Below are positions 54,310 to 64,000 of a DNA stretch of 64,000 nucleotides, one piece after another; positions within the stretch are counted from its first letter, which is position 1, and every line of letters starts with the position of its first letter. The position numbers and the translations under genes were made by a program. This stretch comes from Antedon mediterranea (taxonomy: Eukaryota; Animalia; Echinodermata): NCBI RefSeq assembly GCF_964355755.1, contig NC_092672.1, forward strand, positions 35,098,437-35,162,436, given 5' to 3'. The notes below the pieces were generated by a model. It was not told where the DNA came from. It searched no databases and saw only the letters and a program-made list of their open reading frames with translations.

Positions 54310-55947
54310 GTTTGGAAGTGTATGCTAACTGGAGAATACCTGTTAAAATATATATAACATCCAACATATTATACGATATGAAAATACTGTATATAAAACT
54401 ATGTTAACACGCAGTGTTAGTGTATTGTATAGTATATTTAGTTTAATTTTTGCAAGAGAATATGCAAGAGCATTCTGCCATGTTTTATTGCTTGCTGATT
54501 CGCTGCAGAAACTTTTCTAAATCAGGAAAATATATTAACGGATATAAAGTATAAATACATGAATATAAAATACATACAGTAAGTTATGAAGATTGATTAA
54601 CCATAGTATTCAACTACTGTACTATACTGGCATGATAAAGAAATTTGAATAAACTGTAGTGTAGTCATCCAGGTGTGTACTCTAAAGCATGTGAGATGGT
54701 AGTGATATGCCCAAATATGGTAGTGATATGCCTAAATATGGTGTGATATGCTTAAATATGGTAGTGAATCGATATGCTTAAATATGGTAGTGATATGACA
54801 TCCCATCAAGTCCATATATGGACACATTTTTTTGTCACATCAAGTTTAATATTTTCAATGGCACTGAATTGTTGTATAGAAATATAATGTAGCAATCACC
54901 AAAATTAATTCTAATTGAAATAGTGTATTATAATTTGCCCAAATACGTAAAATCAATATTTATTTCGTTGAGTACTTCTTTAACGGTGTATTTTGAGCGT
55001 TGAGATTGTTCTTAACGAAAAAGCTTTCGTTGTCAACGTTTTCTATTCGAATGACTTTCTGTTGAGCACAAATTTACAAGTTGAATACAAAAAGTACTCA
55101 ACGAATCTTTAAGTTGACAACGAAAGTTCCCAATCGAATACGACAATTTACCGCTTTCATTTACAAATCTTGACATTGATAGGTATGAAAAAAACCCTTA
55201 ACCCTTTCTTTTTGTTATGCAACTGTATTATTGTTATCAAAAAGTCACATTTGTTTGTGGTTAATGCTGTAAATAAAAAAAATATTAAAGTAAAGAAAAG
55301 AGAGTACTGTTGGTATTATGTGAAAAAAAAAGTTTGTTTACAGAGGGCGCTGTTGGCGAATAGAATAAATATATCATCCAGGTAAATTCCCAAACAAAAT
55401 CCGGTAGTTTTATTAACGATTGCTGTTTCTTTTATTTTGCAAAACTATGAATGGTCTATAAAAATATTAATTAGTTTGGTTTACATAATATTGGACATTA
55501 TTTTTATAAAAATAACAAAGAAGGTACGCCGGCTCCGCTTATCTAGGCTAAAGTAGGCCTACTTTTACTAGCTAGGCTTTAGATTGGCTAGGCTAGGATA
55601 GCTAGCCCCGTCGCGTAGCCCCAGCTGCGATTTTGTTGGCAGGCGCGTCATGCATGAAAGACACCGCTCTTAGGCCTAGGTACTACGTAACCATGGAGGT
55701 AAAAAATTATTTATGATTTAGGCAGGTATATATAGGCCTATATATGCTATCTATGCTGCGGTTTCCTACCTAAAAAAACTAAGATGTATTCATTATTATG
55801 ATGCAAGAGAAGGAAATTAAAGTTAAACATTTTTATTTTTAAAAAAATAATTAGGCCCTAGCGCTAGGCCTAATAATTTAATAATTAGGGGCCTATATTA
55901 TATACTGTAGGCTGGTTACTCTATCTATTGGATTGCAGGTTACCAAA

Positions 55948-57459
55948 ATGATTTTAGATTGGATTGGTATTGGTTCAGGCACCCTGACATCTGCAATATT
56001 ATACTATGTATATCGGAACAAGACGAGGGATATTCAACGTATACAAGTAAGCAATACAATTGGTGCATTTAAAGATAAATGTGCCCAATTTGAATTGGTA
56101 TTGTCTATGTATGTGAACCACTACATTCATGTAAAAACTGTAATTTAAAAGCAAAAAAATAGTCAAATTGGCTGCCAGCCAACTGTTTTGTCTTATAAAA
56201 GTACTTTTATGAGGGAAGTGATTAAGTTTATTAAAACTACAAAATGGCCTATTTAAAATTATTATCTTATTAATCTTCATTTGTCATGGTCAAACTTCAT
56301 TTTTACAAAAATTTATTTTTAACAGGATGCTCCAGTTTTTTCTATTGATAAAGACTTAAGCACAATCGTGGACGAAGCACCAGACAAGACGATACCTTAT
56401 GCAGTTGTTGAGGGCGCTGCAACACCTGTCAATGATGTAATCAGCAGTGAGAAGGTTTCTGGTATAACGGGCCTAATTCAAAACCTGATCCTTAAGGAAC
56501 ATAAAGTAGAGTGGAGCAAGTCTACAAGGATGTGGTAGGGTGTTTTTTTTTCTTTTTAAATGATAAGTAATTGTAAAATATAGTTTACCTTTGGTACGAT
56601 AACAAAATGTTTGTTTTCTCCTTCTTTTTTTTGAGGACGCAAATTTAAAAAAAGGGTTTTTGTTTACAAAAAAAATGTTTAAATTTGCTTTTTCTTTAAG
56701 TTAATCAATATTGTGCATGGGTTTTGGCAACTTAAATCTTGAATAAAACAAGGTTGTTTTGTTTGTAGGATTGACACATCAAAGACTATTAAGAACAACT
56801 CAAAGAGTGTACCATTTAGATTATCCGCAAATAATAGTCATGTGACAGCGGATGAGGCCATTGTTGCAACAGGGTTAACGCTGGATGTAGTACATGACAG
56901 TTTTGAACCAATCAGAAGCTCCCTAGGTGACAGTCTAGTGAACTGGGCCACTGGAGAAAAAATAAAGGGATATCAAGAAGTAGAGGAGATGTTGCCTGTT
57001 GGTAGTTTACTAACTGGTATCGGGGAGATAAAAATGATCGGGGGACAGGTGCATTTGGTTCCTCCATGCACTGGATGGACTTATTATCTTTGGCGGGGCT
57101 CAAAGGGTGAACTGCTACGCCATCTACGATCAAACACCAAAGTGTTGAGGACTGTTTTAATAGTATTTGGTTCAGCAACAGTAATTTGGTGTGCTTATGT
57201 AATTAGCAAATGGTTTATGAAATACAGACGTGAACTCAATTATCAAAATTACATGGCACGGGCAAGGGAAGCGGCTGGTAACGGTGAAGGAACCGAAGTA
57301 GACGTTTGCGCCGTGTGTTTGACAAATCCTCGTGATTGTGTTATCTTGAACTGTGGGCATGTATGCGCCTGTCAAGGGTGCACGGAGGTACTAAACCCAC
57401 CACAATGCCCGATTTGTCGACAACGTATCGCAAGAGTAGTTCCGTTGTATCACGCATAG
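55948..57459 (+). CDS. MUL1: Mitochondrial E3 ubiquitin ligase MUL1/MULAN (TM-GIDE-TM-RING)
   Basis: Exons 55948-56046, 56326-56534 (IPYAVVEG), 56769-57459 (GEKIKGYQEVEEMLPVGSLLTGIGE; C3HC4 RING CAVC..CGHVCAC..CPICRQRIARVVPLYHA). Confidence 0.93.
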
Positions 57460-58552
57460 ACTTTTCTGTTTATTGAAAAAATGATTGTAACATACAGTAT
57501 TAGGATAAGATTGTATCAATCTCTATTGTGCATTTATTGATTATAGATTATTGAACACTTAGTACTGTTCCTGAAAATTGTCCATGGGGTCAGATTTGTC
57601 AAACTTGCTTTAGAGACTGTGTATGAAAACCGGTAATGATTTCAGAAGGTCAATGTATGTTAAAACTTGTTAAAGGTTTATGCAGAGGGTAATAATTATA
57701 GTAAGACTGAGCAATGTTTTCTATTAATAATTATTGTTTCCAACTCTGTGTTGCTGTATTAACACTACCATATTTGGGCACATCACACTTTTTTGTCACA
57801 TGAAGTTTGATAGTGTAAACAGAGCTTTAGATGAACATTGCCATCTTCAGGTCAGCTTTTGGAATGTTTTCAGAAAAGAGTTTTTTTGTGGAGTTGACCT
57901 GTACTGTATATAGTTTTTTACTGTATATTTATATCTTATTCAGTGAAGCCATAAAGAATAGGATCTGCAGGGAATAAGTGTTTGCTTTGTTGATGCCTAA
58001 AAGGTATCATAAAAAGTTATACAAATTGATAGGAAATTGAACCATTTTCGATAAATGTCTGGCATTTTAACGCTAAAAATAAAAAATTCAACTCGTAGGT
58101 TTATGAATTGTATTTTTATTGACACCACAACACTGCTAAGCCAACCACCATCTTGAAATAAATATAAAAGCAGTATAAAAAATGTGTTTCACAAAATTAA
58201 AAATATAATGTACGGTAAGTAGAAAATTACTATTTTAAATATAAATTGTTTTTTTAGTTAAAACAGTTGAAAATCAATTGATGTGCATCTTGTTATTAAC
58301 CACATTTTATTATTACATTCACCACAAATCTCAAGATCCACACAATAATCTTTATGGTTACCATATTGATTGAAACAAAACAATGCTTCTAAAGCTCTCT
58401 GTCTACACTATCAAATTAGTTTTGACAAAAATAGTGTGATATGCCCAAATATGGTAGTAGTGATATGACATCATCATGTCTATATATCAGCACATAACAT
58501 TTTTTTGTCACATTAAGTTTGATAGTGTGGACAGAGCTTTATTCTAAGAATC

Positions 58553-61500
58553 TCAAAATGGCTTTGTACGCATTAAAGGTGACCGCTCATTTACACGCAG
58601 CGACCTTGTTCTCGGAAAACTCGTTCTCTCTATGTCTTGCAAGTGATTGAATGTGTCCGAGTCCTCGATGATGTTTGTCGGGATCTCCAGCCGCCGTCGT
58701 CGATGGCAACATGAAAACAAGGCAATATTGCAGCATCCTCCCCAGCCTACATACACCAACGTATTTAAGACTGCTTGTAGAGGATTAAATACAGCCTAAA
58801 CATAAAAATGGTTGAAACTATTTATTTTGAACATTTTGTTAAAGATGTCCCGCATGAAAAATGAAGATTAATTAAATCAGGCTTTTAATTTGTTATTTTG
58901 TAGCACTTTAGTAGAAAAAAAAACGAAAAAAAATAACTTTTTCACTTACAAAATGACAAAATAAATGGTTAAATTCAAAAGACTTACCATACAGAACCAA
59001 AGAAAAATGACGATATACTGTAAGCCAATTAAGTGTATTTCTTTTTGTTTTGAAACTCCCATATGAAGACTGATAGCACCTACAATTATATTCGGCCACC
59101 AGCTAAAATATAAAATAATATTTTTAGCTGAATGAATGTGATTCAATTTTGTAGGAAAAGGATGATTATAAATGTCTTCAAACATTAAAAAAAAAAACTG
59201 TGAACAATCCATCATCTTGTTTGTGGTCTATAGTGTACAGTATTAACTAGTGTAAGTAAAGTAAAGCCGTACCAAATTATGAATACTGCAATAATCAGAA
59301 AAAATTTGTTCTTTACGGCTCGTAAGTAAGCCCTCTCCTTGTCAGTGTATTGGCCTCTTGTTCCTTTCAGTATTGGTTTCACTACCAAAAAAAAAATTAG
59401 TTTGTCCACAATTAGCAAAGTAAGCATCTGGTTCCTTTGAGTATTGGTTAAAAACAAGCACAAATGTGCAATACTCGGGGTACAGCAAATAGATTACCGG
59501 GAGCAGAAGTGACATCACAATATATAAATAGGTTTTATTCTTATTCTCCAAGTCAAGACCTTTGAAATGACACCAAACACGGCCGTATTAAGACGAAAAT
59601 CATTTGGCACCAAGGTACCATCTTCGAGACGTCATATGGCTGCATCCGGTTTGAAATAAAAAAAATCCGGCTCTATATCTTTGAGGACATGTCCCTGTAG
59701 TATATTCATGCCAAATCCCAGCTCAATACTACAACGAATAAGGGAGGAGTAAGTACTTTATAAATCGCATTTTTTTCGATTGGTACCATGTTTATGACGT
59801 CACAATTCTGCGTCCGGTTGAAGTACGAACATTTTCTCTCTATAGCTTTGTTCACTATACCCTAGTATATGCATGCCATGTTTTAGAGCCGTCAGACGAC
59901 GTGTAAAGAACTAGTGAGTCCTAGACTCAGGTACCCCAAGTAAAAAAGTTAATGTTCAATTAGTTTGTCTACTGTAATTAGCAAAGTCAATAAGTGTTAA
60001 TTAATTAATCAATTATAGTTTATTAAAATTAAAGTATACCTTTATTATAGGATAGATAGTAGATAACAGGATTGAACAGCATGACGGCAATAATAGGCAG
60101 GTAGGAGGCTAGGTACAGAGGAATCAAGTATTCTTCCTCTGAAATACACCTGGAATTAAACAGTATCAATTAATCTAACTTTGTTGTTGTGTAGATCACT
60201 GGTAAACAAACAGTTAATTGTATCATTTTATTTCTTCAATAGTTTTTCTTCATTCAAGACTCATTGTATTCTTTTTTCAAATAATCGTGCTCAATGGGCT
60301 TTTTTTTTACTATTGACTTATTTATTCAAGTTTGCTTCAATTTTTATTGTGTCTGTTTTATGTTTCATACCTTTAAATGGCAACTTTTGTTGCTGTTAGT
60401 TTTGAAGAAATAAAATAAAATAAATCATGGAGGTAAAAAATATTATTATTTATTTGTTACCTCTATGCTTTTATCAAGTGGTTCACATTATTCACATAAT
60501 ATAGACAAATTTTGAGAGAAAATCAATATAATGTGAAAAGAGGAATTTGATTTAAAAAATCCATGGAAGCCTTGATTATTTCTTCAAAAGTACTTCATAG
60601 AATGTTTGTCTTTTTTTTTAAATCTTAAATTCAAGGTATAAATTAGGTTGACTGTATACTGTAGTTCTTGTTAATTATAATAGAATGATTTATTTATAAA
60701 TAATAACACAAATTTACTAACATTAATGGAGAGTTGGTAGAGCTATATAAACACACAATGCCAATGACAACCAGCAAGAAGGGACAGAGGAAACAGCAAA
60801 CAGGAATTATAACAGAAAGCTTTCCTCTGAAAAAAAAAGTTTGATTAAGCTGTCTACACTATCAAACTTTATGTGGTAAAACGTTTGGCCAACAAAAATA
60901 ATTAAAAAAATAATTAAGTTTTTGTGCCCATTTATGGACATGATGATGTCATATCACTACCATATTTGGGCCATCTTAACAGTTTTGGACTCTATGTTAA
61001 CCTAATTTTGTATTGAAAATCTGCATGTGGTAAGGAGGATTGATACTATACACCGTAAGGAATTTGGTTTCTCCTTTAGTACAGACTTATTTCATGGTTT
61101 ATCAGAGACTTTTTCAGGTGAATATTCATCTTACTTGTGTACTCTTCTCAACATCAGGTAAACATCTATGGCATAGCTTGCTGTTAGGAAGTATGTACTG
61201 ATGTAAAAGAACTGAGTCCAAGCCTAGGAGAGATAACATTCCAAATTATAGAATTAGGTAACAATTTAAACGTTTATTTTCAATGACTTTTTATTGCAAA
61301 GTTATACTGTAGTATGTTACTTACAGTGAAAAATAAACAGAAGCCATGCCCAGTGGTGTCCTGATCATTGATACCAGAATCATTAGCTTTACAAAGTAAA
61401 AGGCTTTCAAAGCAAATTATACCTGTAACAGTAGAAATATAATTATTGATGATGAATAACTATTACGGAATAGCTTGCATCAGAGAGGGAAGTTAATTGG

Positions 61501-61896
61501 TCAGATTAATTAGGTCTGCCCTCCCTGTTTATACCAAGGCAATCTACTGTAACAGGATGCTGAGCTCGGCCAGATCAAATGTTCACCTTTAGTTTTTAAA
61601 CGATCAGTTTGTTAAACGTATACTGAAACAAATCGATAATTACCAATACATGCCATTAAATCAGCAAACGCCAACATTTTTATGATGTTATACTGTGGGC
61701 CTTCAATCATCCGTTTCTTGAAAATACCGTCGCTGACCTTTCTCGGTAACAAAGTGAATATAGCGCCAACAATGCTGAACAACGAAGACACAATGGAGGT
61801 GTACTGGTACCCATGATGAATACGATCCAATGTTTCAGAATGCTCAAAATGTGAATTGTTGCTACAGCAGCTTAACTGCAAAGTTGGTGAAGCCAT
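58553..61896 (-). CDS. GPR143: G-protein coupled receptor 143 (ocular albinism 1 homologue)
   Basis: Exons 61896-61644 (MASPTLQLSCC..ADLMACIG), 61422-61325, 61223-61135, 60826-60722, 60149-60040 (YLPIIAVMLFNP), ~59381-59272 (LKGTRGQYTDKER..KFFLI), ~59102-58988, ~58795-58553 (NPLQA); motifs match recalled OA1 (MASPRL..CC; LKGRQGIYTENER). Confidence 0.88.
59455..59942 (-). mobile_element. Helentron/DINE-1-like element in a GPR143 intron
   Basis: AAAACAAG + hairpin GCACA-AA-TGTGC; subterminal IR TACTCGGGGTAC / GTACCCCAAGTA; A-run flanks. Confidence 0.6.
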
Positions 61897-62204
61897 TTCA
61901 TTCTTTATATTTTTATTTTTAATCACTGATTTTAATTTTAAATACAGCTGAGTAAATAAAGAAAAACAGTTAATATCAGACAGTACCAGTGGACAGTACC
62001 ACTACCATTAGACCTAACATTGACTGCTTTTCAGTAAGAACTTATTACTAAATGAAAGCACTCCTTGTTTTAACAATCCTCGTACATACAACTTAACAGA
62101 TTCTAAAGTGTTCTTTTCTCTATTTCAAGTAGAACAGGTAGAACATACTAGCCTACAACAGCCTGTAATAAAACATAATTGAAATGGTTAGTAATTACCA
62201 ATTG

Positions 62205-62510
62205 AAAGTTATTGTTAGTAGTGTTAGTTATTGTTAGTAGTGTTAGTTATTGTTAGTAGTGTTAGTTATTGTTAGTAGTGTTAGTTACTGGCTGCTAGTG
62301 TTAGTTACTGCTAGTGTTAGTTATTGTTAGTGTTAGTTATTGTTAGTGTTGGTTACTGCTAGTGTTAGTTATTGTTAGTGTTAGTTACTGCTAGTGTTAG
62401 TTATTGTTAGTGTTAGTTAGTGTTAGTTATTGTTAGTGTTAGTTACTGCTAGTGTTAGTTATTGTTAGTGTTAGTTACTGCTAGTGTTAGTTACTGCATA
62501 GTTATTACTA
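62205..62510. repeat. Degenerate GTTAGTTATTGTTAGT(AGT) simple repeat
   Basis: Directly visible ~15-19-bp periodicity. Confidence 0.85.
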
Positions 62511-63940
62511 GTTCAATAGTAGGTTTGAACAGGAAAAATACAACTTTAAAAAAACAAATTCTTCAGGCTGTACAGATAAACAAGGAAGTATGTGTATAAA
62601 AAAACATGTCTGTGTTATTCAAATTTAAAAGTAATGGTTGACTTTTTGATAAAATAAAATAATTGGATGCAAGGCTGGAAAACAAGAATATGGTTAAACA
62701 CAATAAAGCATATGGCTATCCATTGCTTGATTGCAGTATTCGAAGGATGAGGAAGCACAACGAAAGCATTTAATTCTTTAAATGTACAATTAAATAAATT
62801 GACCATCAAAAACTATAACCTCTTGTCAACCTTGGTGATTATACATCCTGAATATCCAAGGAAAAGTGTAAAAGTTACTTCCAATATCTTTTTAATTAAA
62901 ACTATTGTAAACATTAAGCCCACAACAAATTCAGAAAAATGTCAATACAGCTATAATGAATAATATTCATGATGTACAACCTGCAAAATACTTTGTTTTA
63001 TTTTAAATCATGTAACTATTGCATATACTGTATTTGCTTATTAATAATGTATTTCAACAAGTCTTTTGTTGAAAATGTTACTGAGCATAAATATCTGATA
63101 CTTTAATATTTTGAAGTATAGTACAAAGCTTTTCAAGGTCAACATTCCTTTTGTGTAAAAACAACAAATTATATAACGATCACATGTTATTCTATTGTCA
63201 CATTTCACACAATAAATGCTATACAGATTTTACTTGTTTATCTTCTTAATTAAATTATATAGATTTAAATAAGAAATTTCTAATGAAATTATGATTCAAT
63301 AAAATGGAGCAAAAGAAGGATATATTGAAATTTTGTGTACAACATGATTTCAAACCACAAAATTCTAAAACTTACAAAAACAAATGCGAACAACCAACAT
63401 ATTATATCTTAATGTCCAATCTGAAGGATGTATAAGTTTTAAAAGTTTCAACTTATTTTATAAGCACATTTTGTTTAAATCAAAAACTTATCTTTCCTTG
63501 CAAATCTATACACTGAGGCCGGCTGCCATTACAAGTACTATAGTCTTCTCTATCCTATTACCCAAGCAAATAACAAGATTTCAACTTACGTAACACCTGA
63601 CCCGCAGGGTGGTAAGGACTAAGGACTGTCTCCTCCGGCAGCTAGCAGTACCGTGAGACAGACACGACGAGTAAAAAAGGCAATGCTTGTTTGGATTGTT
63701 TGCTATCTCTGATGATTTATTTACCAGCCATTACTACACCAGTATCATTTATTAACCGAAGCTCTCTGCATTGCATATTCAAGATCACGAGTTATTTGTT
63801 GACGTTTTATTATTGAGTGGATTTTCCCTTTTCCGTGCTATAAATAGATAATAGATTGGGAAACTTTCATAATTAAATTGAGGGCGCTGTCTGTCGTTTT
63901 TTAAAGAAAAAAGACGACGAAGACGAATATTTTCAGAAAT

Positions 63941-63968
63941 ATGGCGCACGGAGGAAACAAATGGGAAG
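63941..63968 (+). CDS. Possible first coding exon of the next (divergent) gene
   Basis: ATG GCG CAC GGA GGA AAC AAA TGG GAA G|gtaaaa, 60 bp after a GAGGGCGCTG motif; too short to identify. Confidence 0.4.
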
Positions 63969-64000
63969 GTAAAAATGTCGAAAAAATATGAATATAAATT

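Noticed and set aside
58553-61896. TMEM116 as an alternative identity
   Set aside because: MASP.L..CC N-terminus and LKG..G.YT..ER loop fit GPR143 better.

Overview
AT-rich, intron-rich animal genomic DNA, probably a marine invertebrate (taxon is my inference). Spliced genes in order: SKA2 (-, 3' end outside window), head-to-head with STK36/fused (+, ~28 coding exons); ANAPC7 (+, 15 coding exons); MUL1 (+); GPR143/OA1 (-); and a possible first exon of another gene at the right edge. The standout is the 22.4-kb intron 9 of ANAPC7. It holds, antisense, four two-exon secreted collagen/C1q genes plus an orphan 3' C1q fragment. The paralogues differ mainly in the globular-head loops, in a patchwork pattern suggesting gene conversion. 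Each has a minisatellite at the same intronic position (31-bp unit in ~7, ~55, ~130 and 1 copies; copy 4 has a ~125x 17-bp array instead). One paralogue has lost its leader ATG. Introns also carry many non-autonomous TEs and two Penelope-type minimal hammerhead motifs. Coordinates were read by eye; repeat counts are approximate.
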